This document shows positions 42,737-51,561 of a stretch of 59,778 bases of DNA, one piece after another. The stretch is taken from the NCBI GenBank assembly GCA_030610655.1, contig JAUWRG010000002.1:1-59778 (forward strand). The letters run 5' to 3'. Source of the DNA: Dehalococcoidia bacterium. GTDB taxonomy: Bacteria; Chloroflexota; Dehalococcoidia; E44-bin15. The notes beneath the pieces were generated by a model, which was not told where the DNA came from, ran no database searches, and saw only the letters and a program-made list of their open reading frames with translations. The translations under genes were made by a program, and so were the position numbers. Within the stretch, counting starts at the first letter, position 1. Each line of letters starts with the position of its first letter.

Positions 42737-43402
42737 CTAATTATCGCTCCAGGCTCCCTCGCCGATAAGAGGGACGAAACGGCAGGGGGTCATATTATTA
42801 ACGGTGAATCCTTTCTTTTGCTTGGTCACCTGGAGCAGGTCCTGATCCCACATGGAGCCAACGGGGATGACCATGCGACCGCCCACCGTTAGCTGCTCGA
42901 GTAGCTTTGGGGGGATCTGTGGCGCACCAGCGGTTACCATGATTGCGTCATAGGGTGCCTCGGCTTGCCAGCCGATGGTTTCTTCGGCAAGGTAAACCTT
43001 TACGTTGGTGTAGCCCAGACTGGCCAGGGTCTGTCGGGCAGTGTCTGCAAGGCTTTGTAGCCGCTCCACTGTGATCACCTCTCGTGCCAGCTCAGCAAGG
43101 ATGGCTGCCTGATAGCCACTTCCAGCGCCTAGCTCCAAGACCTTTTCCGTCCCAGTGAGCTTCAACGCCTGGGTCATCAGGGCGACGATGAATGGCTGAG
43201 AGATGGTTTGCCCTTCGCCGATGGGCAGTGGCCTGTCCTCATAGGCAAGGTGACGCTCTGCCTGAGGCACGAAAAGCTCCCGTGGCACTCGGTGCATAGC
43301 ATCAAGCACCCTCTCATCATGTAGCTCACGGCTAATATGTAGTATTAGTCTTTCCCGTGCCTCTTCCAGATTCATGATTAGCCTGTCATTTATTGCTATC
43401 AT
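42737..43402 (-). CDS. pcm: protein-L-isoaspartate O-methyltransferase
   Basis: GEGQTISQPFIVALM, the SAM motif VLELGAGSGYQAAILA, and RMVIPVG. An alternative start is at 43375. Confidence 0.9.
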   Translation of the reverse strand: MIAINDRLIMNLEEARERLILHISRELHDERVLDAMHRVPRELFVPQAERHLAYEDRPLPIGEGQTISQPFIVALMTQALKLTGTEKVLELGAGSGYQAAILAELAREVITVERLQSLADTARQTLASLGYTNVKVYLAEETIGWQAEAPYDAIMVTAGAPQIPPKLLEQLTVGGRMVIPVGSMWDQDLLQVTKQKKGFTVNNMTPCRFVPLIGEGAWSDN

Positions 43403-43519
43403 CTCGGGCTATTTGAAGCCAGAATTGCTATTGGAAATCTACCACAAATGGGGGCAGGCTATCAAGGTTGATGGCGATATTGGAGTGGCATATAATTCAA
43501 GATGGCGAGGTGATAAGGT

Positions 43520-44251
43520 TTGGCCGAATATTACATTGGGACGAGTGGTTGGGTGTACCGGCACTGGAGAGAGGTGTTCTATCCACCGAAGCTGGCCCAG
43601 TCGAAGTGGCTGGAATTTTACACCCGCCATTTCCCCACGGTGGAACTCAACAGTAGCTTCTACCGCCTGCCAACAGAGAAGGCGTTTTCGAACTGGCACC
43701 AGACCTCCCCCGAGGGCTTTATCTATGCGGTAAAGGTCAGCCGCTTCATCACCCACATCAAGCGGCTTAAGGATGTCGAGGAGCCGATACAGACCTTTCT
43801 ATCGAGGGCGCGCCTTCTCAAAGAGAAACTGGGACCTCTGCTCTACCAGCTTCCGCCAAATATGCATCGAAACGACGAGAGGCTTGACAGCTTTCTCTGC
43901 CTCTTGCCCAAGGAACTTCGTCATGTGCTGGAGTTTCGCCATGAGTCATGGCTTGATGAGGGGGTTTTTGAGATGCTGCGCCAGCATAATGTTGGCTTCT
44001 GCGTCTTCGACATGCCCGGCCTCTCTTGCCCACTGGTGGCGACGGCGGATTTCGCCTACATCCGCTTTCATGGCTCAAGCGGGCTTTACTATAGCTGCTA
44101 CTCCGATGGGGAGCTTGAGGACTGGGCGAGAAGGATTTCGGAATTGGCCAGAAGCCTGGATGCAGTCTATATCTACTTCAACAACGATGCTGAAGGGTAT
44201 GCTATAGAGAACGCGCAGTTGCTGGCGCAGAAGCTGGCTACTCAAATTTAG
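43520..44251 (+). CDS. DUF72 (YecE-like) family protein
   Basis: YIGTSGWVYRHWREVFYP...LEFYTRHFPTVELNSSFYRLP is the DUF72 signature. TTG start follows GAGGTGA. Confidence 0.85.
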   Translation: MAEYYIGTSGWVYRHWREVFYPPKLAQSKWLEFYTRHFPTVELNSSFYRLPTEKAFSNWHQTSPEGFIYAVKVSRFITHIKRLKDVEEPIQTFLSRARLLKEKLGPLLYQLPPNMHRNDERLDSFLCLLPKELRHVLEFRHESWLDEGVFEMLRQHNVGFCVFDMPGLSCPLVATADFAYIRFHGSSGLYYSCYSDGELEDWARRISELARSLDAVYIYFNNDAEGYAIENAQLLAQKLATQI

Positions 44252-44352
44252 TCATGGAAAGTCTGAATTTCTAAGAGCTGCCTCTGGTCAAGACCGAGAA
44301 GGGTGGAATGGTTTTGCACCACATGTTATAATTTGAGGTGGAGGGCTAGAGG

Positions 44353-44607
44353 ATGAAGAAGCTGAAGCCCCGAGAAAAACTTAAAGTGATTAAAGGTGGA
44401 GTCGAATATGAGTTTGAGCCAGCGGAGGAAGGCGGATATGTAGTGAGCGTGCCTCTTTACCCTTCCTGTGTTTCCCAGGGTGAAACCTTTGAAGAGGCTC
44501 TAGCTAATATCGAGGATGCTCTTGCCGGATGTCTTGCTGCTGCTCGAGATCTCAACCTACCTGTCCCTCAGGAGCTAGAGCCGTTACTTGAAGCGGTAAA
44601 GCCTTGA
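44353..44607 (+). CDS. hicB: HicB-family antitoxin (short form), second copy
   Basis: EPAEEGGYVVSVPLYPSCVSQGETFEEALANIEDALAGCL is the HicB/UPF0150 core. There is a GGAGGG RBS, and it overlaps the next ORF by 4 nt. Confidence 0.72.
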   Translation: MKKLKPREKLKVIKGGVEYEFEPAEEGGYVVSVPLYPSCVSQGETFEEALANIEDALAGCLAAARDLNLPVPQELEPLLEAVKP

Positions 44608-44831
44608 GCCAAAGATTGCCTGCTTTAAAGCCCGCTGAGATGATAGGAGCTCTGGAAAAAGCGGGCTTTTATGTTGTTCGCCAAACCAGCAGCCATGTGA
44701 TTATGTATAAGGAAGGACTAACCCGACCGGTTCCTATTCCAGGGCATGCAAAGGCTCTTAAACGTGGGTTGCAACTCAGAATTATTAAGGAGGCAGGCTT
44801 GACTCCTAAGGAGTTTAGCAAATTCCTGTGA
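44604..44831 (+). CDS. hicA: HicA-family toxin, second copy (full length)
   Basis: LKPAEMIGALEKAGFYVVRQTSSHVIM...IPGHAK.LKRGL...IIKEAGLTPKEFSKFL is the complete HicA pattern, including the C-terminal helix missing from the 17316 copy. Confidence 0.72.
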   Translation: MSQRLPALKPAEMIGALEKAGFYVVRQTSSHVIMYKEGLTRPVPIPGHAKALKRGLQLRIIKEAGLTPKEFSKFL

Positions 44832-44838
44832 CCCAGAC

Positions 44839-44920
44839 ATCTACTTCAATAATGACGCCGAGGGGTATGCGATAAAAAAATGCACAAACGCTGGCGGAAA
44901 AGATGAGCACTCAAATTTAG
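44839..44920 (+). pseudogene. orphan duplicate of the DUF72 gene 3' end (frameshifted remnant)
   Basis: Aligns to 44171-44251. After removing one A from an A7 run it reads IYFNNDAEGYAIKNAQTLAEKMSTQI*, versus IYFNNDAEGYAIENAQLLAQKLATQI* in the intact gene. Nine of 14 differing codons are synonymous. Confidence 0.75.
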
Positions 44921-44941
44921 AAGTAGGGTTGGTGAAGTGTA

Positions 44942-44982
44942 ATGTCCGCCTTGCGGGCTCCGATACTTCGTCCGGAGAAACC
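44942..44982 (-). repeat. inverted fragment of the R2 internal module
   Basis: The reverse complement GGACGAAGTATCGGAGCCCGCAAGGCGGACAT matches GAACGAAGTATCGGAGTCCGCAATGCGGACAG in R2 copies b and d. Confidence 0.6.
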
Positions 44983-45007
44983 CACCGTAGAGAAGGGCGG
45001 TGGGTTT
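44978..45007. terminator. possible bidirectional intrinsic terminator between converging genes
   Basis: AAACCCACCG (44978-44987) pairs with CGGTGGGTTT (44998-45007) around a 10-nt loop. The GC-rich stem is flanked by A3/T3 only, so the U-tract is weak. Confidence 0.35.
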
Positions 45008-45062
45008 GCCCCTTCAGGAGGCTGCACCCACTCTACAGCTAGGATCATAGACTTTTGGTATC

Positions 45063-45935
45063 TCAGCCAGTTTTTGCGTCATATTGAATCCGCTCGGCTC
45101 TCCTGTTTGCTGACACTTGTTTCCACTCCGTGAGGTAGCCGCGCTTCTGTGCTGCTTCGATAATGCGCCCGTAGGCATGGGCTTTAGCCGTGCCGCCGAG
45201 CTCCGCCATTACCGCTGGGGGTACTTGCTTCACTAGCTCACTTGAGGGTATGGTGGTAGTTCCATTTGTCCACACGATTCCGCGCCCCGTCGTAGGGATT
45301 TTCTCTTCCCCGCTAACCTCAACGGGGGTAGGCTCTTTAACTACCATAGGCTTCCATATTGGCTCGAACAAGTGGGCGTGAACTGCTAAGCCAACGCCCT
45401 CTCTTTCGAAGGTCTTGAATTCTACAACCTTTGTCTCTAGATGAAGACTGGTGCAGACCTCCTCCAGCTCTTTAGTTTTCTCTTCGATTACGATAACCAG
45501 GACAGGACGACTAGAGATAAGACCCGATAGGAATTCATGAATCTCCTGAGACCCAATTTTGTTTCGCACTAAGGTCTGCTCAGAAACGTTGCTCCCTGTC
45601 TCACTATACATAGCATCGACTATTGCTTTCTGCGTATTTAGATCGTTTATTGCCATGCTAAATTTGGTCATTTGTGGGACTATATGCTCATATAGGGGAT
45701 GAGATGATAGCTCTACCTCTACAATGTACCAGCGAGGCGTATCGCCGAAAGTGATTGCATATCCATCTGGTATTGAGCCAATACCTGCTGGCGACCTTAT
45801 CTTTCGCTTAATATCAAAGTATATCGAGTCTTCGCCAAAGATGTCTTTGGCATGTTCTTTAACAATGTCTTCTAAAGCAGCTTCATCTTTGGGTGTCCAC
45901 AATCTATAGCGTACGCCATCTATAAGCAGTTCCAT
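45063..45935 (-). CDS. hypothetical protein with N-terminal PD-(D/E)xK-like (NucS/DUF91-style) nuclease-fold signature
   Basis: 290-aa ORF. EAALEDIVKEHAKDIFGEDSIYF...GIGSIPDGYAITFGDTPRWYIVEVELSSH has the layout of restriction-endonuclease-fold proteins (D...ExE, but no obvious Lys). The C-terminal half has no recognisable motif. Confidence 0.55.
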   Translation of the reverse strand: MELLIDGVRYRLWTPKDEAALEDIVKEHAKDIFGEDSIYFDIKRKIRSPAGIGSIPDGYAITFGDTPRWYIVEVELSSHPLYEHIVPQMTKFSMAINDLNTQKAIVDAMYSETGSNVSEQTLVRNKIGSQEIHEFLSGLISSRPVLVIVIEEKTKELEEVCTSLHLETKVVEFKTFEREGVGLAVHAHLFEPIWKPMVVKEPTPVEVSGEEKIPTTGRGIVWTNGTTTIPSSELVKQVPPAVMAELGGTAKAHAYGRIIEAAQKRGYLTEWKQVSANRRAERIQYDAKTG

Positions 45936-46012
45936 AAATGCACCCCCTTAGTGAAGTTCACTTCTTTGCTGCCCCTCTTGCCATGAGAAGTCCCCGTAAA
46001 AATCCCGCTTGC

Positions 46013-46447
46013 TTATGGTGCTGGGGCTTCTTTGCGTTGGCGGAGCCTTCTTGCTATCGCCACCCCGGCGATAATCCCTGCTACTGCCGCAGGGAGGAGC
46101 GTCCTGATGATAGGTTGAGGGAGCGCCTTCTCTTTGGCGAGAGGGATAAATCTCACCTCTTCTTCCGTGACCAAAAGAAAGCCCAGTGGCTCGGTGCTAC
46201 AACCACCACCGGCGCCACTTCCACCGCTACCATTGGGGTCCTTCCCTTCGCCAGCGCCAAGTCCATAGCCCACCTTGGCGATAGGGATGAGGGTCTTGCC
46301 GAAGAAGGTCATCGGCTCTCCATAGACCATCTTAATATCGGCGGTAGTTTTGAAACCCTCCATCAATGATTTTATAATCTCTTCCAAGGGCGTAGTTTCA
46401 CCTCCTAGGTTTCTGACGAGAGTGTTTAATTTTGATTTTCCGCTCAA
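46013..46447 (-). CDS. GerW/YtfJ-family protein with C-terminal TM tail
   Basis: VYGEPMTFFGKTLIPIAKVGYGLGAGEGK...GGSGAGGG...PLGFLLVTEEEVRFIPL fits the YtfJ/GerW pattern. Confidence 0.72.
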   Translation of the reverse strand: MSGKSKLNTLVRNLGGETTPLEEIIKSLMEGFKTTADIKMVYGEPMTFFGKTLIPIAKVGYGLGAGEGKDPNGSGGSGAGGGCSTEPLGFLLVTEEEVRFIPLAKEKALPQPIIRTLLPAAVAGIIAGVAIARRLRQRKEAPAP

Positions 46448-46516
46448 TTTTGGTCATTTTTGTAGCGCGACCCTTCAGGGTCGCCTTAAGCGAGGCTAAA
46501 GCCTCGCGCTACATTT

Positions 46517-47713
46517 CTAAACGGACTCTTTTGGCAACAATTCCACTACCTTGTCCAGGATGCGGTTGGCGACCTCATACTTGGAGAGAAGAGGTAGGTC
46601 CTCCACGTTGCCGTCACGGTCGATGAGCACCACCTTGTTGGTATCGACGTCGAATCCGCTGTCGGTGGCGGTAATGTCATTGGCGGCGATGAGGTCGAGG
46701 TTTTTCCTCTTTAGCTTCTCGGTGGCGTTCTCCACCACGTTCTCGCTTTCGGCAGCAAACCCAACCCTGGCGAGGTCGCTTCTCACTTCGCCGAGAATGT
46801 CCGGGTTTTCCACCAGCTCTAGGGTGATGGTTTCGCCTTTCCTCTTGATCTTGCTTTCTGCGGTGGCAACCGGGCGAAAGTCGGCAGGGGCCGCTGCCAT
46901 GATTAGCGCATCCGCCTGAGCGGTGGCATTGACGATGGCGTCTCGCATCTGTATGGTCGTCTCGACCTGAACCACCTCCATGCCAACAGGAGGGTTGAGG
47001 GCAGTTGGGGCGCTGACCAACACTACATACGCACCCCGGTCCCGAGCGGCTTCAGCGATAGCGTAGCCCATCTTTCCTGAGGAGCGATTGCCGATAACAC
47101 GCGCGGGGTCGATGGGCTCTCGAGTGCCTCCGGCACTCACCGCGATGCGCCTTCCTGCCAGGTCGCCACCTCTTCCTAGCACCTGATGAATCGTGCCCAG
47201 GATCTCTCCGATTTCGGCAAATCGACCCAATCCGCTGGCTCCACCGGCGAGGCGGCCGTAGGCGGGGCCGACGAAGGTAAAACCTCTGGCTTTGAGCTTG
47301 GAGACGTTCTCCTGAGTAGCATGGTTCTCATACATATTTGCATGCATCGCTGGGGCAACTATTACAGGGGCTTTGGTAGCGAGAACGGTGCAGCAAAGCA
47401 TGTCGTCGGCGATGCCGCACGCCAGCTTGGCCATGACATTTGCAGTGGCGGGGGCGATGACCACCACGTCCGCCCGTTCCGCCAAAGCTATATGTGCAGC
47501 ACTGATCTCAGAGGCGATATCGAACATCTCAGTAACCACTGGCTGCTGGGTGACGGTGCGGAAGGTCATTGGGGTGACAAATTCTTGTGCCGAAGTGGTC
47601 ATCACCACATTGACCCTGGCTCCCTCCTGAGTAAGCTTGCTGGCAAGCTCCACTGCTTTGTAGGCGGCTATGCTACCAGTGACACCGAGAACTATCGTCT
47701 TCTCTCTAATCAT
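46517..47713 (-). CDS. coaBC: bifunctional phosphopantothenoylcysteine decarboxylase / phosphopantothenate--cysteine ligase
   Basis: 398 aa. The N-terminal flavoprotein domain reads GVTGSIAAYKA...PAMHANMY. The C-terminal CoaB domain reads VSAGGTREPIDPARVIGNRSSGKMG. Confidence 0.93.
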   Translation of the reverse strand: MIREKTIVLGVTGSIAAYKAVELASKLTQEGARVNVVMTTSAQEFVTPMTFRTVTQQPVVTEMFDIASEISAAHIALAERADVVVIAPATANVMAKLACGIADDMLCCTVLATKAPVIVAPAMHANMYENHATQENVSKLKARGFTFVGPAYGRLAGGASGLGRFAEIGEILGTIHQVLGRGGDLAGRRIAVSAGGTREPIDPARVIGNRSSGKMGYAIAEAARDRGAYVVLVSAPTALNPPVGMEVVQVETTIQMRDAIVNATAQADALIMAAAPADFRPVATAESKIKRKGETITLELVENPDILGEVRSDLARVGFAAESENVVENATEKLKRKNLDLIAANDITATDSGFDVDTNKVVLIDRDGNVEDLPLLSKYEVANRILDKVVELLPKESV

Positions 47714-48486
47714 TTCCCCCCCGATCTATTCATCGCGTGGATGAATCGTAGTCCGAAAAGGGTGAGGTTGGGGTTCACCTCATCTATCACCTTGGTTTCC
47801 TTAGCGATCACGTTGGCAAGACCACCGGTGGCCACTACTTTTATCTTACCGCCTAATTCCTTACGAATGCGAGCCACCAGGCTTTCGACCAGTCCCACGT
47901 AGCCGAACATCACCCCCGATTGCATTGCCGTTACCGTATTTCGCCCAATTGCATGTTCTGGGGGGATCAGCTCGATTCTTGGCAGCTTCGATGCTCGGGT
48001 GAAAAGGGCTTCCGCAGCAATGCCTATGCCTGGAGCAATGGCGCCACCGAGGTAATCGCCGTCCTCAGAGATTGCATCAAGAGTGGTGGCGGTGCCAAAA
48101 TCGATGATGATAAGGGGACCACCATAGAGTCGGTGGGCTGCGGCGGCATTTACCACCCGGTCAGCACCAACCTCACGAGGATTGTCAATGCTGATGCGCA
48201 CCCCGGTCTTAACCCCTGGGCTTATAAAAAGGGGTGAAGTTCCGAGGTAGCGCTTGATCAATTCATCGGCAATGGCGTCCAGTGGAGGCACGACGCTACA
48301 GATGATCGCATGGTCGATGTCGGATAGGGCGAGGCCCTCTCTCGGCAGTAGGTTCAAAAGTAGCACGGCGTACTCATCGGCTGTCTTGTTAAGATCGGTG
48401 GCAATACTCCACGTAGCACGAAGCGTATCCTCTTCGAAGACACCGAAGACAATATTTGTATTTCCTACATCGATTGCCAGTAACAT
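47710..48486 (-). CDS. coaX: type III pantothenate kinase
   Basis: MLLAIDVGNTNIVFGVF, ADRVVNA and IIDFGTATT motifs. It overlaps coaBC by 4 nt. Confidence 0.92.
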   Translation of the reverse strand: MLLAIDVGNTNIVFGVFEEDTLRATWSIATDLNKTADEYAVLLLNLLPREGLALSDIDHAIICSVVPPLDAIADELIKRYLGTSPLFISPGVKTGVRISIDNPREVGADRVVNAAAAHRLYGGPLIIIDFGTATTLDAISEDGDYLGGAIAPGIGIAAEALFTRASKLPRIELIPPEHAIGRNTVTAMQSGVMFGYVGLVESLVARIRKELGGKIKVVATGGLANVIAKETKVIDEVNPNLTLFGLRFIHAMNRSGGK

Positions 48487-48491
48487 CTCGC

Positions 48492-50051
48492 TTAACCTTC
48501 CTTGATTTTCTTGATCACTTTGGGCAACGCGGGCAGCAGGTCGCTGGCAACCATGCCAGCATCGCCAAGCTCCGCTCCAACAGACTCTCCCGCTGATCCA
48601 TGCAGGTAGACGCCGCAGGAGGCGGCAGCAAAGGGTACAAGCCCCTGGGCCATCAACCCGGCGATAGCCCCGGCAAGCACGTCACCAGTGCCTGCTGAAG
48701 CCAGGCCTGGGTTAGCTACAGGGCTAATCTTTGCTTCACCGCTTGGCGAAGCTACTACTGTATGAGCTCCCTTGAGCACCACTATCTTCCCCCAGAGGGC
48801 AGCTTTCTCCCCTGCTACCCTTAGCCGCTCCTGCTCAATCTCGTCCACAGTGAGCCCACTGAGTCGGGCCATTTCCCCTGGGTGGGGAGTAAGTATAGCA
48901 TTCTGATTGAGCCTTTGCCACCAGCCTTGGATCTGAGCAAGGGCATTAAGGGCATCGGCATCAATGACGAGGGCTGGGGAAAGGGATGGCGGCATCTCGA
49001 GTAAAGAATTTCTGACAAAGTCCATCACTGAGGGATGTTGGCTCAATCCGCACCCCATAAGCAGGACATCATAGCCTGAAAGCCATTCATGGAGAACCTC
49101 GTATGCTTGGCTATCGATAAAGCCTGGCTCTGATTCGGGCAAGGGTGCGTAAGTCACCTCGGTGAGCTTTGCTGCCAGTATGGGCTGGAGGCTACGAGCG
49201 ACGGCAAGTGTAACCAGCCCTGCACCGACGCGAATCGCCCCCTCGCAGGCTAGGTAAGCGGCACCTATGTAATTAAGGGAACCCGCGCAAACAAGTACCC
49301 GCCCGAAGGTGCCCTTATGGGCGCTTCGCTGTCGTTGTGGGAGCATATTCTTGACATAATCATCGGTAATCAGTTCGGTAGCTATATCATCGACTAAGTG
49401 TGGTGGTATGCCAATGTCACCGACGACGAGTTGTCCCACCAGGTCTCGACCGGGAAATGAGAAAAGCCCCAGCTTTGGATATGCGAGGGTGATGGTGAGA
49501 TCGGCGGCAACACATGATGGATCAGCGGCTCCAGTATCGGCGTCCACCCCTGAGGGCAAATCTAGGGCGATAACCTTCAGGGAGGGCTTCATTTCCTTAA
49601 CGTGCCTCAATCTGGTCAGAGTCTGCTTGACGGCACCTTCAAGAGGGCGTAGCTTCCCCGTGCCAAACAGAGCATCGATGACCACATCGCTTGAGGAAAG
49701 TATGCTACTTAGGTTAGACAAGTCCTGATCTTCACTAGCTGTGGTGCAGGGGACACCTCTCTCCCTGACTATGACATAGTTTGCGTCGTCATTGCTTCGC
49801 TTGGTGCAAAGGTGGATGTAAACTCTAGCTCCCCAGTCGTGGAGGTGTCGAGCGGCGACCAGTCCATCCCCGCCATTATTGCCCGGTCCAACGAGGATGA
49901 GAATCTGTTGCTGAACCACATTGCCGAGCCATCCCTTCACGTTCTGGGCAATAACGAGCCCGGCGTTCTCCATTAGCACGTTGGGGGGAAGACCGATCTC
50001 GGCAGCGCGGCGCTCGATCTCCCTCATCTCATTTACGGTGACTATCTTCAA
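48492..50051 (-). CDS. nnr: bifunctional NAD(P)H-hydrate epimerase / ADP-dependent dehydratase (YjeF)
   Basis: 519 aa. The N-terminal YjeF-N domain carries GPGNNGGDG. The C-terminal carbohydrate-kinase-like domain carries GSLNYIGAAYL and GTGDVLAG. Confidence 0.9.
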   Translation of the reverse strand: MKIVTVNEMREIERRAAEIGLPPNVLMENAGLVIAQNVKGWLGNVVQQQILILVGPGNNGGDGLVAARHLHDWGARVYIHLCTKRSNDDANYVIVRERGVPCTTASEDQDLSNLSSILSSSDVVIDALFGTGKLRPLEGAVKQTLTRLRHVKEMKPSLKVIALDLPSGVDADTGAADPSCVAADLTITLAYPKLGLFSFPGRDLVGQLVVGDIGIPPHLVDDIATELITDDYVKNMLPQRQRSAHKGTFGRVLVCAGSLNYIGAAYLACEGAIRVGAGLVTLAVARSLQPILAAKLTEVTYAPLPESEPGFIDSQAYEVLHEWLSGYDVLLMGCGLSQHPSVMDFVRNSLLEMPPSLSPALVIDADALNALAQIQGWWQRLNQNAILTPHPGEMARLSGLTVDEIEQERLRVAGEKAALWGKIVVLKGAHTVVASPSGEAKISPVANPGLASAGTGDVLAGAIAGLMAQGLVPFAAASCGVYLHGSAGESVGAELGDAGMVASDLLPALPKVIKKIKEG

Positions 50052-50412
50052 TTCTTCCTCCCACTACTGAGGCGATGGCATATTCTCTGGAATGGGAGAG
50101 GCTGACGTCTATATCCACCAAGCCCAGTTCATCGGCCTTTTTTTGGGCTCCCCCATAAAGATAGACAAGGGGTTTGCCATCGGAGTTTGAAAGCACCTCG
50201 ATTTCCCGCCAGCCAACACCATTTGTCCCTGTGCCTAAAGCCTTCATCACTGCCTCTTTGGCGGCAAAGCGTACTGCCAGTGCCGGAGCGCGCTCTCGAC
50301 AGATGCCTAGCTCCGCCTCAGTATAAACCCGCTTGAGAAAACGTTCACCCCAACGGGCCAACGCTTCTTCGATGCGCTCGATCTCAATTATATCTACGCC
50401 GACAAAGTGCAT
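50029..50412 (-). CDS. acpS: holo-[acyl-carrier-protein] synthase
   Basis: VGVDIIEIERI...FAAKEAVMKALG...SLSHSREYA is canonical AcpS, 127 aa. Confidence 0.9.
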   Translation of the reverse strand: MHFVGVDIIEIERIEEALARWGERFLKRVYTEAELGICRERAPALAVRFAAKEAVMKALGTGTNGVGWREIEVLSNSDGKPLVYLYGGAQKKADELGLVDIDVSLSHSREYAIASVVGGRIEDSHRK

Positions 50413-50704
50413 TTACGTTCTCAGACTTAGGTCACTGTCCTGCGCCTTATTATATGGGCTTGAGCAAGGTTTAACAACACAGATCTTCTCGTCCAGGTGG
50501 CTGGCGACACATCGCCTTTTCTCCATTATATTGCTGCCATTACGAGTCAATAGATAATTAATCTTGTGTTTCCCACCCACCCGCCCTGATATGTATTGCT
50601 GGGGGACACCCCCCGTCCCCGACGCGAGGGAATTGCCCTCTGGACTCCATTCTAGCTATCCTTGTATTTACGTGAATGTGTTCGCCATCCACTGATGCGA
50701 CTTG

Positions 50705-50733
50705 TTGCCTTGCCTCAGACTATAAGGTAAAAT
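50705..50733 (+). promoter_or_regulatory. putative promoter for thyX
   Basis: TTGCCT (50705-50710), 17-nt spacer, TAAAAT (50728-50733), about 25 nt before the thyX start. Confidence 0.35.
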
Positions 50734-50755
50734 GCTACTCTAACCACAGGTTAGC

Positions 50756-51463
50756 GTGATTATGGTTAATGTCGTATTAATCAGTCATACCCCCGACCCT
50801 GAGCGGACAATTGCAGCGGCTGCACGTGTTTCTGCTTCCCCGGTGAGTGCCGTCGAGCTTTTGGAAAAGCTAACCCCTGACAGAGTGGATCGTCTCATTC
50901 GCCGGCTCCTCTCTTCAGGCCATTTGTCGGTATTCGAACACGTTAGCTTTACATTCGCCATTGAGGGCATCTCCAGGGTCACCAGCCATCAACTGGTGCG
51001 CCATCGACTGGCAAGCTACACCCAGCAGAGTCAAAGATATGTATCCTTAAAGGAATTTAACTACATTACTCCTGCCACAATAAGCGATAAGCCTGAGTGG
51101 GGGGATAAGTATCATGAGATGGTTCGTGCCGCTCACGACCTCTATCTTAAAATGCTCGATGCGGGCATCCCGGCAGAGGATGCTCGCTATGTGCTTCCTA
51201 ACGCTGCTGAGACCAGGCTGGTGATGACCATGAATGCTCGGGAATTGATTCACGCCTGCTCGTTGCGGCTTTGCCTTCGGGCGCAGTGGGAGATCGTGGA
51301 GCTATTCGAGCATATCAAAGCCGAGGTGGAGAAAGTAGCCCCCCGCCTTGGGGCTGAGCTCAAACCTAAATGTTACCGCCTCGGATACTGCGATGAGGTG
51401 CAGAGTTGCGGCATTTTCCCAACTCGTGCTGAACTTGCTGATAAAGGCGAGAGAGGCAAATAA
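50756..51463 (+). CDS. thyX: FAD-dependent thymidylate synthase
   Basis: Carries the ThyX motif RHRLASYTQQSQRY. An alternative ATG start is at 50762. Confidence 0.93.
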   Translation: MIMVNVVLISHTPDPERTIAAAARVSASPVSAVELLEKLTPDRVDRLIRRLLSSGHLSVFEHVSFTFAIEGISRVTSHQLVRHRLASYTQQSQRYVSLKEFNYITPATISDKPEWGDKYHEMVRAAHDLYLKMLDAGIPAEDARYVLPNAAETRLVMTMNARELIHACSLRLCLRAQWEIVELFEHIKAEVEKVAPRLGAELKPKCYRLGYCDEVQSCGIFPTRAELADKGERGK

Positions 51464-51561
51464 CACACCTCGGCAAGGCTCATCAACGGCACCGGGATAG
51501 CAGAAGAAGTTCGAGACGAGTTGAGGATAAAAATCCCGGTGTTCGAAAAAGGGAGGCATTT

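Noticed and set aside
44252-45062. Calling the hicBA insertion a defined mobile element or integrated island
   Set aside because: No integrase, transposase or terminal inverted repeats are visible. The only boundary evidence is the duplicated DUF72 3' end, so it is reported as a recombination scar rather than an annotated mobile element.
45938-46369. 143-aa + strand ORF opposite the GerW-like gene
   Set aside because: It is antisense to an ORF with a clear YtfJ/GerW motif, is low-complexity, and has no RBS.
47186-47902. 238-aa + strand ORF across coaBC/coaX, and similar long shadow ORFs (6584..7042, 8579..8989, 13486..13908, 23976..24533, 24849..25412, 52449..52895)
   Set aside because: All are antisense or out-of-frame overlaps of genes with unambiguous family motifs. 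Their composition is Arg/Ser/Pro/Gly-rich, typical of shadow frames in moderately GC-rich DNA, and none has an RBS.
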